A DNA stretch of 64,000 nucleotides, from NCBI GenBank assembly GCA_031267755.1, contig JAIRYP010000002.1:6306-70305 (forward strand). Direction: 5' to 3'. Shown piece after piece: positions 31,423-41,377 of the stretch (positions are counted from its first letter, which is position 1; each line of letters opens with the position of its first letter). This stretch comes from Clostridiales bacterium (lineage in GTDB: Bacteria; Bacillota; Clostridia; Monoglobales; JAIRYP01). The position numbers and the translations under genes were made by a program. The notes under the pieces were generated by a model that was not told the origin of the DNA, ran no database searches, and was given only the letters and a program-made list of their open reading frames with translations.

Positions 31423-33708
31423 ATGTCTGGTACTTATAAACAAGGCGACAAAAGTATTGATTACACAGATTTACATGATTTATTGATTCACGAAACCCCT
31501 GCACAACAAGAAAGAAGAAAAGTTTTATGCCTTATTAGAGAAATAGATCAAAACATTGATGATGCGTTTAATTGTGATAAAGCAGCTAAGAAATTAATAA
31601 AATATAGAGAGATGTTAAAACTTGTCACGGATATCGGAATAGATGTGATAAAAAAAATATCAAAATTTTTAAATTTAAGCAAACATGACATCAATCCCGA
31701 AAAAATCTACGATTGTCTCGTTGAGCAACTTGTGAAAAAAACTTATGCTATATGCCAAAATTTTAATCTACAAATACAAGAGATTTCGCTTTTTCGAGAT
31801 GAATCACCTTTAAAAAGTTTTCCTAAAGATTCATACGAAGATACACGACTTGATTATACAACTGGAATTGAAAAAAAAATAAAAGAAATTGAAAAACACA
31901 GGAATGGTTTAACAGAAGCAATGTTAGAAAAACTCAGAATATTAGAAGTAGATCTAGTGCCGGGGTGGTTTATGCAAACTAGAGAGTTTTCCCCAGAAGA
32001 AATCCCACCTCATTCAGAAGCTCAGGATTTGCAGCCGGAAGCACTAGAGCCAGCATTGCAAACTAGGGATTTTCCCTTAGAAGAAGAAACCCCGCCTCAT
32101 TCAGAAGCTCAGGCTTCACAACCAATAAAAGCTCAGGATTGGCGACTAGAAATATCAAAAATAACAAACACTGTTGAAACGAAATGTGAACGACTTAAAC
32201 AAATGACTTCATCATTACTTTCACGTTCTGTTGAACATTCGCCTAATTTTCGGTTGGTTAGGCTTAATTTTAATGAACGCAAAAACCCGTCAACGCAACC
32301 CTCGACCTTTGAATTGCCGAGCTTGCCGTGGGATTCGCAAGAAGAATCATGTAATGAGTTAAAAAAACAGCTTGAAGATGATCAAAAATATTCACAGTTA
32401 GTGAAAACAAAAATAGAAGCAATGGAAGTTGAAATAAAAAAAGCAGAAAAACAATTAAGAGACTCGTTTGCTCCACTCGAACCTTCAGAAGACCCGAAAA
32501 TCGCAAATATACTTCAAACCGAAATAAACAATTTTATCCATATTTTCATTGAAACGAAAAAAAGTAGACTAAAACTTTTTGAATTCGAGTTGAAAAGAAA
32601 GATTTTTAGATTGGAATCACTAAGAAAACAAATAACAACTAAACACGAAACCGATATATATACAATAGAAACTATATTTTCACAAGATAAACAAGATGTG
32701 TTAGAAGACATAGAAAGTATGCAAAAAACGTTGGTACAAAGAAGAACGTGTTTAGAAATTTCTTTTTCAGCTTTATTATACGAAACAGAAGAGTTAAAAA
32801 ATTTAATAATGCAAGATTACGTTTCTACAGAAGATTGGGAAAAAAAACGGGTTGATATAATACGTTTAGAATTTGCTGATGATGAAAAAAACGCAACGCT
32901 CGCGTACACTGAAGGAGTTGAACTTTATCCAAATGATTTTTCTGCGCAGCAAGAATTTAAAAAACAACTAGAAATAGATTTGCAATTTTTGGAAAGGAAA
33001 AAAAAGAAATTTGAAGAAGCTACAAAGAAAAATGCCGAACGAAAACAAGAAAAACTAAAAAAAAATTTAGAAGAATTAGAAAAAATCATCGAAACAACGC
33101 AAACTAAAAATAAAGAAAATCTTGATCAAATAGAAGCAGCTGACAAACTTCTTAGTGTTGAGATGCAAAAACGTTTAGTAACGCTAGAACAAAAGTTTGA
33201 AGATCTTAAAAAAGAAAGATTAGAAAGTAAAAATGCTCAATTCAAAGAACTTGATGAAGCATTTGAACTAAGCATACAAGAAGTGGAACAAAAATTTTTA
33301 TACCGGTTAAAAATATCGACTATCTCTAGTGATCAAAATAGAAAAGCCATCGAATCAAGGATAGAAAGAATTAGAAGAGAAGCAGTGATAATCCAAATTC
33401 CGCCCGAAATTCTGGACACACTAGACCGGGTTCCGTCCAAACTAGATCGAATTCTAACTGAGCTTCCTCCCAAACCAGACCAAATTCCATCTGAGACAAC
33501 CACCCAACCCACACCTGCCCAAGCTCCTGCCACATTGACCCGGACTTTAGTCACATCAACTCGGGCTGCTCTACCCACGTTGTCCCAAATGCCACCACTA
33601 ACTCAAGTTTCGCTTGCGCCAACTAAAAAAACAAATGATCACGATCGCATCATTTGCCCAAGTACTCATTCCAAACCCGGGTTTCATCACTCAAGGTTAC
33701 CCAAATGA
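31423..33708 (+). CDS. orphan coiled-coil protein, paralog A, with Pro/Glu repeats and Thr/Pro/Gln-rich tail
   Basis: AAGGAG SD; E/K/Q-rich heptads; clearly homologous to 34070-36370. Confidence 0.82.
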   Translation: MSGTYKQGDKSIDYTDLHDLLIHETPAQQERRKVLCLIREIDQNIDDAFNCDKAAKKLIKYREMLKLVTDIGIDVIKKISKFLNLSKHDINPEKIYDCLVEQLVKKTYAICQNFNLQIQEISLFRDESPLKSFPKDSYEDTRLDYTTGIEKKIKEIEKHRNGLTEAMLEKLRILEVDLVPGWFMQTREFSPEEIPPHSEAQDLQPEALEPALQTRDFPLEEETPPHSEAQASQPIKAQDWRLEISKITNTVETKCERLKQMTSSLLSRSVEHSPNFRLVRLNFNERKNPSTQPSTFELPSLPWDSQEESCNELKKQLEDDQKYSQLVKTKIEAMEVEIKKAEKQLRDSFAPLEPSEDPKIANILQTEINNFIHIFIETKKSRLKLFEFELKRKIFRLESLRKQITTKHETDIYTIETIFSQDKQDVLEDIESMQKTLVQRRTCLEISFSALLYETEELKNLIMQDYVSTEDWEKKRVDIIRLEFADDEKNATLAYTEGVELYPNDFSAQQEFKKQLEIDLQFLERKKKKFEEATKKNAERKQEKLKKNLEELEKIIETTQTKNKENLDQIEAADKLLSVEMQKRLVTLEQKFEDLKKERLESKNAQFKELDEAFELSIQEVEQKFLYRLKISTISSDQNRKAIESRIERIRREAVIIQIPPEILDTLDRVPSKLDRILTELPPKPDQIPSETTTQPTPAQAPATLTRTLVTSTRAALPTLSQMPPLTQVSLAPTKKTNDHDRIICPSTHSKPGFHHSRLPK

Positions 33709-33832
33709 CCATGTTTGACAAATGCCCGTGTTGACTCAGATTCCGCCCACATTGGTTAAAAACAAACACAAAATGACCCAGAGAACGCCCAAAACTTTAT
33801 AAAAATTCTAACAAAACTAATCAACCAAAATT

Positions 33833-33862
33833 TTACAGCATATTAATTATGCTGTAATTTTT
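33833..33862 (+). terminator. intrinsic terminator after paralog A
   Basis: ttacagcat-attaatt-atgctgtaa followed by a T run. Confidence 0.7.
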
Positions 33863-33945
33863 GTTTTAAAAAATGAATCCTCAATTTCTATAATTTCTTT
33901 TTTTACATTTTCAAGAATTATTTTAAACTCTTCAAATTCAATCAC
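33847..33945 (-). pseudogene. duplicated 5' remnant of prfB (32 codons)
   Basis: Translates VIEFEEFKIILENVKKEIIEIEDSFFKTKITA*, versus prfB MIEFEEFKIILENAKKEIIELRDSL. Confidence 0.88.
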
Positions 33946-34000
33946 TTTAATCACCCTAAAAAATTATTTTAAAACTTTTTCAAAAAATTTCAAATTTGTA

Positions 34001-34029
34001 TTGACACAATAAATTTAAAATAGTTTAAT
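34001..34029 (+). promoter_or_regulatory. sigma-A-like promoter of paralog B
   Basis: TTGACA-N17-TTTAAT. Confidence 0.65.
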
Positions 34030-34069
34030 AAACAAAACACAAAATATTAAATTAAGTAAGGGGTTCAAA

Positions 34070-36370
34070 ATGTCTGGAAATTATAAACAAGACGACAAGA
34101 GTGTTGGCGGCCAAGATTTACATGATTTATTGTTTCATGAAACCCCCGCACAACAAAAAAGAAGAGAAATTTTATACCTTGTTAAAAAAATAGAAGCAAA
34201 CATTGAAAATGCATCAATATTTGAAAAAGTAATTAAGAAACTAATAAAAAAGAATAATATATTACCGTTTGTCACAAACATCAAAATGCCTACGATACAA
34301 AGAATATTAGAACTTCTTGATTTAAACGAAAGCGACATCAATCGCGGAAGAGTCTACGGTCATATCATTGAGTATCTTACAAAAGAAATTTATATTGTAT
34401 ATGAAAATTTTAATATACAAACAGAAGATCTTTTACTTTTACGAGAAAAACCACCTTTTGAAAAGTTCCCTAAAAATTCACCCGAAGATACAGAGCCTGA
34501 TTTTATAATTGAAATTGAAGAAAAAATAAAAGAAATTGAAAAAACAAGACGGCGTTTTACAGAAACAACATTAGAAGCCTCCAGAATATTAGAAATAGAT
34601 CTAGTGCCGGGGTGGTTTATGCAAACTAGAGAGTTTTCCCCAGAAGAAATCCCACCTCATTCAGAAGCTCAGGATTCGCAACCGGAAGCACTAGAGCCAG
34701 CATTGCAAACTAGGGAATTTTCCTTAGAAGAAGAAACCCCGCCTCATTTAGAAGATCAGAACTCGCAACCAGTAGAAGATCAGGACTCACAACCAGTAGA
34801 AGCTGGGGATTTGCAACCAAAAACACTAGAAGAATTATCACGTGCTTTTTTAACGAATTCTCTCCAACTTGATAGAATGAATTCATGGTTACTTTCGCGT
34901 TCTGCCAAACTTTCACTTAATTTTCAACTATGTAAATATTTTGAACCTCAGCCATTAACGCAACCTTCTTCCACCGAAACCATACCGCACCCACAAAGAG
35001 ATCCACTAAAAGACACTATTGAAATTATGAATCTACAAGGAGGTCTGCGAAAAGGCATGTATGAAAAAATTAAAAAATCAGCCGAAGATAATATAATATA
35101 TTCAGAACTAATTGAAGCGCAAACAAAAACATTTAAAGATGAAATAAAAAAAGCAAAAAAATCATTAATAGAATCGCTTACTCCGCTAAAACCTTCAGAA
35201 GACCCGGAAATCGCGACTGTGCTTCAAACCGAAATAAACAATCTTGTCTATCTTTTCACTCAAAAATCAAAAAATATGCTAAAACAATATATATCCGACA
35301 TAGAAACAATGTCTCGTGAAATAGAGTATAAAAAACACATGGCAAAAGCTAAACAAAAAATTGAAATAAATACAATAAAAATTACATATTCACAAGATGA
35401 ACAAAATTTATCTGAAAACGTAAAAATAGCGCAAGAAAATTTACAGCAAAAAGAAAAACGTTTAAGTAAGAATTTCTCCACTTTAATTAGCGAAATAGAA
35501 AAATCAGAAAGATCAAAAATACAAGAGTGCATTTTTAACACAAATTCCCTTGAAGAGCAATTTAATAAAAAATCTTCAGCACTTGATGCTGATGAAAAAG
35601 AGGTAAGACTCTTGTATAGTGAATCATGCGAGCTTTATTCAAATAATCCTCATATGTTGCAACTGTTAGAAATTGAATTAGAAATAGATTTAAAACAGTT
35701 AAACGAAAGAAGAGAGAAACTCGAAACTATACGAAATATAAATAATGAAAAAAGACAAAAAAAACTAAAAAAAGATTTAGAAGAATTGGAAAACCTCAGA
35801 ACAGAAATGATAACTAAAAATATAGAAAACCTTAAGGGGTTAAGAGAAGTTCACGAAAAATTTATTTCTGAAATGAAAGAACGTGAATCAAAACTAAAAC
35901 TAGTATTCGAGGGCCTTAAAATGCAAGCGACGGAACGCAAAAATGATAAACTAAAAAAAATTCATAAAATATTTAAACTAAGGACACAAATATTAAACCA
36001 AAGATTTTTAAGCTCGTTAAAAGAATTGGCTGACTTTTGTGATGAAAAAATAAGAACTATCGAATCAAGGATAGAAAGACTTGAAAGAGATGCAGTGACA
36101 ATTCAAATTCCGCCCGAAATTCTGGACACACTAGACCGGGTTCCGTCCACACTAGACCGAGTTCTGCCTGAGATAATCCAGGTTCCGCTCGCGCCTACCC
36201 AAGTTCCTACTACATTGACCCAGCTTCTAGCCACATCAACTCGGGCTGCTATACCTACGCTGTCCCAAATGCCACCACTAACTCAAGTTTCACCTGCACC
36301 AACTAAAAAAATAAGTGATCAAGATTGCATCATTTGCCCAAATGATCCCCACATAAAGTTACTCTGGTGA
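34070..36370 (+). CDS. orphan coiled-coil protein, paralog B
   Basis: Shares MSG.YKQ.DKS...DLHDLL.HETPAQQ, DLVPGWFMQTREFSPEE and IQIPPEILDTLDRVPS with paralog A. Confidence 0.82.
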   Translation: MSGNYKQDDKSVGGQDLHDLLFHETPAQQKRREILYLVKKIEANIENASIFEKVIKKLIKKNNILPFVTNIKMPTIQRILELLDLNESDINRGRVYGHIIEYLTKEIYIVYENFNIQTEDLLLLREKPPFEKFPKNSPEDTEPDFIIEIEEKIKEIEKTRRRFTETTLEASRILEIDLVPGWFMQTREFSPEEIPPHSEAQDSQPEALEPALQTREFSLEEETPPHLEDQNSQPVEDQDSQPVEAGDLQPKTLEELSRAFLTNSLQLDRMNSWLLSRSAKLSLNFQLCKYFEPQPLTQPSSTETIPHPQRDPLKDTIEIMNLQGGLRKGMYEKIKKSAEDNIIYSELIEAQTKTFKDEIKKAKKSLIESLTPLKPSEDPEIATVLQTEINNLVYLFTQKSKNMLKQYISDIETMSREIEYKKHMAKAKQKIEINTIKITYSQDEQNLSENVKIAQENLQQKEKRLSKNFSTLISEIEKSERSKIQECIFNTNSLEEQFNKKSSALDADEKEVRLLYSESCELYSNNPHMLQLLEIELEIDLKQLNERREKLETIRNINNEKRQKKLKKDLEELENLRTEMITKNIENLKGLREVHEKFISEMKERESKLKLVFEGLKMQATERKNDKLKKIHKIFKLRTQILNQRFLSSLKELADFCDEKIRTIESRIERLERDAVTIQIPPEILDTLDRVPSTLDRVLPEIIQVPLAPTQVPTTLTQLLATSTRAAIPTLSQMPPLTQVSPAPTKKISDQDCIICPNDPHIKLLW

Positions 36371-36665
36371 TCACGTTTGCACAAGTGACAGCGCCAACTA
36401 AGCTTCGCCCGCACCGATTAAAAGAACAAGCGACCACAATCACTTAATTTGCCAAAGTACCCACGCTAATCCGGACCTCACTCAAAATTGCCCAAACGGC
36501 CACATCAGTCTAAGTTCCACTCAAGGTTACCCAAATGACCACACGTTTGTCCAAATGCCACCTTTTAACTTAAGCTTCATTCGCTGACTAAAAATAAACA
36601 CAAAACGATCCACAGAACGCCCAAAACTTTATAAAAGTTCTAACGAAATCAAATAAATCAAAATT

Positions 36666-36696
36666 TTACAGCATATTAATTACGCTGTAATTTTTT
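36666..36696 (+). terminator. intrinsic terminator after paralog B
   Basis: ttacagc...gctgtaa followed by a T run; copy of 33833. Confidence 0.7.
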
Positions 36697-36870
36697 GTTT
36701 TTGCGTTAGAATGATTGCTTTATATTTATAAATTTATTTTAATCAAATTTTTACCAATAACTTATGCGATTTTTATTTTAAAATATTTGATAACATTTTG
36801 AGAAAAACGAGAGACGAAAAAATTAATCATTATACAGTTCGACAAATTTACCTATGTATTTTTAAATTTC

Positions 36871-38289
36871 CTAACAAACTTTACCAATCAAATACCACGT
36901 TTTGGTTTCAATAACTTTTATATTTAAAATTTTTCCAATCAATTCCTTGCCTCCGCCAAAATTTACAATCTTGCCCCCATCTGTTCTGCCAAACATCATT
37001 GCCATGTTCGACTTACTTGTTCCTTCAACAAGCACTTCAACAATTTTTCCTAAAAACGCATCATTTTTTTGCCTTGATATCTTATTTTGAATTTCAATCA
37101 ATTTATTAAAATTCTTCTGCTTTTCTTGAGAAGTTAAAAAATCAACCATATCAAACGCCGGCGTACCTCTTCTTTTTGAATACAAAAATGAAAAAATCAT
37201 GTCAAATCTTACCTTCTGAATCACATCTAGTGTGTGATCGAAATCTTCGTTAGTTTCGCCAGGAAACCCAACTATCACATCCGTAGTAATTGCAATGTTC
37301 GGAATTTTTTCTCTTATCTTTAAAACCAAACTTAAATACTGTTCTTTGGTATATTTTCTGTTCATTCTTTTTAAAATCTCATTCGAACCAGCCTGAACGG
37401 GTAAATGAAGCTGCTTACATATTTTTCCATTATCCGAAATTACCTTAATTAATTCATCCGAAACATCTTTTGGATGCGGAGAAATAAAACGTATTCTTTC
37501 TATTCCGTCAATCTTACAAATATTTTCAAGCAACTCAGAAAACGTTATTTTGGTTCCTAAGTTTTTTCCATAAGAATTTACATTTTGTCCAAGTAAAATT
37601 ATTTCTTTATAACCATTTTTTGCCAATTCTTTAATCTCAAAGATTATCGCGCCAGGCTCGCGCGATATTTCTCTCCCTCTTACATACGGAACAATACAGT
37701 AAGTACAAAAATTATCACAACCTTGCACTATCATAACACTCGCAACAGGAAAACTACTCCGTTTTTGTGGTATATTCTCTATAATTTCAGAACTTTTATA
37801 AACCTTAAACGTTCTTGATTTCAAAGATCTTTCAATTATCTCTGGTAAATTATGAATCAAATTAGTTCCAAACACAAAATCTATATGTTTATATTTCTTC
37901 TCTATAATTTCCAAAACATGTTTTTGCTCAGTCATACATCCACAAATTCCCAAAAGCACACCTGGCTTCTTTTTCTTTAGTTGCTTCAAAGCGCCAGCAT
38001 TTCCATAAATTTTGTTTTCGGCATTTTCTCTTACTGCACAAGTGTTAAATATTATAATATCGGCCTCACACATATCATTGCAAAACCCATAACCCATTTT
38101 ATAAAGCACGCCAAGAATTTTCCCCGAATCATTGTGGTTTTGCTGGCAACCATAAGTCTTAACGCATGCAAAGGGCTTCTTTCCGTCTAATAAAAACCTT
38201 CTTTTATTAATCTTTAACATATTCTCAATATGTTTTTTACAAACTTTAAATTCCAAAAAATCTTTACTTTTAAAAAATCCACTATTCAT
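36871..38289 (-). CDS. miaB: tRNA-2-methylthio-N6-dimethylallyladenosine synthase
   Basis: TYGCQQN, NTCAVRENAE, GCDNFCTYCIVP, LGQNVNSY and HLPVQ motifs. Confidence 0.95.
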   Translation of the reverse strand: MNSGFFKSKDFLEFKVCKKHIENMLKINKRRFLLDGKKPFACVKTYGCQQNHNDSGKILGVLYKMGYGFCNDMCEADIIIFNTCAVRENAENKIYGNAGALKQLKKKKPGVLLGICGCMTEQKHVLEIIEKKYKHIDFVFGTNLIHNLPEIIERSLKSRTFKVYKSSEIIENIPQKRSSFPVASVMIVQGCDNFCTYCIVPYVRGREISREPGAIIFEIKELAKNGYKEIILLGQNVNSYGKNLGTKITFSELLENICKIDGIERIRFISPHPKDVSDELIKVISDNGKICKQLHLPVQAGSNEILKRMNRKYTKEQYLSLVLKIREKIPNIAITTDVIVGFPGETNEDFDHTLDVIQKVRFDMIFSFLYSKRRGTPAFDMVDFLTSQEKQKNFNKLIEIQNKISRQKNDAFLGKIVEVLVEGTSKSNMAMMFGRTDGGKIVNFGGGKELIGKILNIKVIETKTWYLIGKVC

Positions 38290-38765
38290 TCTTCACCCAT
38301 TTAACTACTTAACCAACAAAACACATAAAATATATGCATGGTATCAAAAACCAATATCTTCGTTAATGCCATTTTAAAATTCGTTAAACTCTATAACATC
38401 TCTTTTTTAAGAAAATTCATAAAACAATCTTACATTATCTCAGAAAACGAAAAACAACATTTTCTATAAAGTTTCTAAATAAACAACAAATAAAAAATTA
38501 ATTCTACATATCGTTATAAATTACATTTTTTGTCACTCTTTCGATCAAAAACAATTTCAATACAAATCGACATTCTCAAAACTTCAAACAAACCTTAATT
38601 TTTTTATCTCTTATTTTTCATAGCATTGTTCAAAAAATACGAAACACTTATTCAAATGTAATAAAAACAAAACCAAATAACGTTTTGATGTTTTTTGTTT
38701 TTTCTTCATTAAAATTTTATATATTTCCATATTACTACCAAACGTTAAATCTATTTTTTATTGTC

Positions 38766-39011
38766 TTATAAAACATTACACGATGGTTTCGATCTCGTTT
38801 CTGCTATCTTCGTTCGTCCTATCACCATCTGTCTGGCAATCCTCCCATTATTGCTAACATCGGTTGACAACACCTCATCACTATTACAAAAAGCCGCAAG
38901 TGCCGATCCCGGTAAAGGCCCGCGCTCCTCCAAATCTTCCAAACTGGAGGCCACCGCTGAACCCCCTGCTAAACCCACTGCTGCAAACCTCAAATGAACT
39001 TTAGTTTTCAT
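38766..39011 (-). CDS. orphan 81-aa protein ending in CaaX-like CNVL
   Basis: AAAAGGAG SD 7 nt before ATG 39011. GC-richer than the flanking spacer DNA. Ends ...TRSKPSCNVL*. Confidence 0.6.
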   Translation of the reverse strand: MKTKVHLRFAAVGLAGGSAVASSLEDLEERGPLPGSALAAFCNSDEVLSTDVSNNGRIARQMVIGRTKIAETRSKPSCNVL

Positions 39012-39166
39012 ACTTCTTCTCCTTTTTTTCAGATTTTTCAAAACAACTACACTCTATGCTTATAAATCAAAAAACACAAATAAAATTATCAAATTTTAAA
39101 AATTAAAACAATTTGTTCGGCAAATTTTAAATTTTAAAAATTATCGAACGAAACAAAAATTAAAAA

Positions 39167-40075
39167 TTATTTAAATAAGTTTTTCAAAACAGACATTCGA
39201 ACAAACATACCATTTGTAACCTGAATATCTTTAAGAGAAATTTCGCTATTCAATACCTCTGAAGTCACTTCAAGATTTCGATTAGCAGGCCCAGGATGCA
39301 TAAAAATAACGCGTGAACTCGCACCCTCTAACAGCTCTTGATTCACTCCAAAAAACTTTGAAAACTCGGATTCTGAAGGAAAAAATCCCTTTTTTTGTCT
39401 CTCTTTTTGAATTCGAAGCGCAATAACAACGTCACATTCTTTTACTGCGATTTTTGGATCACCATAAACTTTAACACCAAAATTTTCTATTCCAACCGGC
39501 ATAAGTGTAAGCGGCCCCGAAACAACAACCTTCGCCCCCAATTTATCAAAAATATAAATATCGCTCCTCGCAACGCGGCTGTGCAAAATATCACCAATTA
39601 TTGCTATTTTAAGTCCCTTAATATTGCTCCCAAACCTCTCAATAAGAGTCATCGCATCAACCAAGGCTTGGGTTGGGTGCTCATTCAATCCATCTCCTGC
39701 GTTTATAATTTTTGCACTTAAAAATTTTGATATATACAAAGGAAAACCCGATGCCTCATGACGAACTACAACAACATCAATCTTCATCGCATCAATCGTT
39801 TTAAATGTATCAACCAAACTCTCACCTTTTGAAATGCTACTTTCGCCAAGAGAAATATTAATTAAAACTCCACCCAAATGCTTAACGGCAAGTTCAAACG
39901 AAACTCTAGTTCTCGTGCTATTTTCAAAAAACATCAAAGCAACCGTTTTCCCGCAAAGATTATCAAAACATCGTTTTCCATTCACAAACTCTCTTTTGAA
40001 TTCCGCAGCAAAATTCAAAATTTTAACAATTTCTTCTCTCGGCAAATCTTTTATACCAAAAAGATTATTGATTAT
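39167..40075 (-). CDS. pyrB: aspartate carbamoyltransferase catalytic subunit
   Basis: FFENSTRT, NAGDG..EHPTQ and MHPGP motifs. The probable start is ATA 40075 after GAGGTG (the track start 40138 adds a non-homologous leader). Confidence 0.93.
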   Translation of the reverse strand: MINNLFGIKDLPREEIVKILNFAAEFKREFVNGKRCFDNLCGKTVALMFFENSTRTRVSFELAVKHLGGVLINISLGESSISKGESLVDTFKTIDAMKIDVVVVRHEASGFPLYISKFLSAKIINAGDGLNEHPTQALVDAMTLIERFGSNIKGLKIAIIGDILHSRVARSDIYIFDKLGAKVVVSGPLTLMPVGIENFGVKVYGDPKIAVKECDVVIALRIQKERQKKGFFPSESEFSKFFGVNQELLEGASSRVIFMHPGPANRNLEVTSEVLNSEISLKDIQVTNGMFVRMSVLKNLFK

Positions 40076-40408
40076 CTCAAATTCACCTCTATTTAAAAAA
40101 ATCAGCATTAAAAAACAGAGCAATACAATGGTTTTCAACTTAATTTTTTGAAATAATTTTAATATTTTAAATTCAAATTAATAATTAAATTTTTTATAAC
40201 TAAATATTATAAAATTTAAGTTTATGACGCATTTAATCGAGAACACATCAATCAAATTTTAAAAAACGTTTATAAAAAATTAGTCTGTGTTGCTATAAAT
40301 CTCATTAAACATTTTAAAAAATTGGTTTTTTCATATTATTTTACTAAGTTTTCAATAAAATTCCAAAAGACTAGCTAATTCAATTAATCCAAAATATCAT
40401 CAAAACCC

Positions 40409-41377
40409 TTAAAAACCAACACTACACCTAAGTTGCTTCAAAACCTCAACAAACTCTTGCGGAGGATCGCGCTCAAACTCCAAATGCTCTCCAGAAATTG
40501 GATGATCAAGCTTAAGTCTGTACGCGTGAAGAAGTTGGCCAGAAAGCAAAAATTCCTCGTTTTTTGCACCATATGTTTTGTCGCCAACAATAGGATAACC
40601 CAAAAATTTCATGTGAACTCTTATTTGGTGAGTTCTTCCCGTTTCAAGTTTAAGTCTAACAAGTGTGTATTTTTCAAAAACCTCAATTGGAAAAAAATTC
40701 GTTATTGCTTCTTTGGAATTTCTATAAATCACCGCCATTTTTTTTCTATCTTTGCTACTTCTTCCAATAGGTTTATTTACAACGCCCGATTCGCATACAC
40801 AACCATGCACAATAGCCTTATATTCGCGCGTTAACGAACGAAATTTTATTTGATTTGATAAACCAAGATGTGCTTTATCGTTTTTTGCAACAAGCAAAAG
40901 CCCCGTAGTGTCTTTATCGATCCGATGAACAATCCCCGGACGCAAAACGTCATTTATTCCAGACAAATTTTCCTTACAATGATTTAATAACGCATTGACC
41001 AATGTTCCATCGTAATTTCCACACGCCGGATGCACGACCATGCCAGAAGGTTTGTTGACAACAATTATATCTTCGTCTTCATAAACAATATCAAGAGAAA
41101 TTTCTTGAGGCGCAACACTTAAGGGTTTGGGTCTTGGAACACAAACAACCACCCTATCGCCCATTTTTAGCAAACGGCTTGAATTTACTAATTTATCATT
41201 AACCAAAACATTCTTTTCTCGTATAAGTTTTTGCAAATGCGAGCGCGTAAATTTCGAAAAATGCTTGGCCAAAAACTTATCAATTCTCTGAGCATGTACT
41301 TCATTAAAAATGACACAAAAACATTTTTCGTTGCCTGTATCATACTTTTGTTTTAATGCTTCACAAAATATTGACAT
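40409..41377 (-). CDS. rluD: RluA-family pseudouridine synthase (RluD-like)
   Basis: S4 domain; VNKPSG, VHRIDKDTTG and TGRTHQIRVH motifs. Confidence 0.9.
   Translation of the reverse strand: MSIFCEALKQKYDTGNEKCFCVIFNEVHAQRIDKFLAKHFSKFTRSHLQKLIREKNVLVNDKLVNSSRLLKMGDRVVVCVPRPKPLSVAPQEISLDIVYEDEDIIVVNKPSGMVVHPACGNYDGTLVNALLNHCKENLSGINDVLRPGIVHRIDKDTTGLLLVAKNDKAHLGLSNQIKFRSLTREYKAIVHGCVCESGVVNKPIGRSSKDRKKMAVIYRNSKEAITNFFPIEVFEKYTLVRLKLETGRTHQIRVHMKFLGYPIVGDKTYGAKNEEFLLSGQLLHAYRLKLDHPISGEHLEFERDPPQEFVEVLKQLRCSVGF

Larger units (their letters stand above)
31225..36700 (+). repeat. tandem duplication of a ~2.65-kb unit (about 31225-33868 and 33873-36700)
   Basis: Both units carry the prfB 5' end, promoter, paralogous ORF and terminator. 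The offset is 2647 bp at both the start codons and the first conserved block. Confidence 0.92.

Noticed and set aside
38761-38997. 78-aa + strand ORF
   Set aside because: Antisense to the SD-bearing 81-aa ORF; no RBS.
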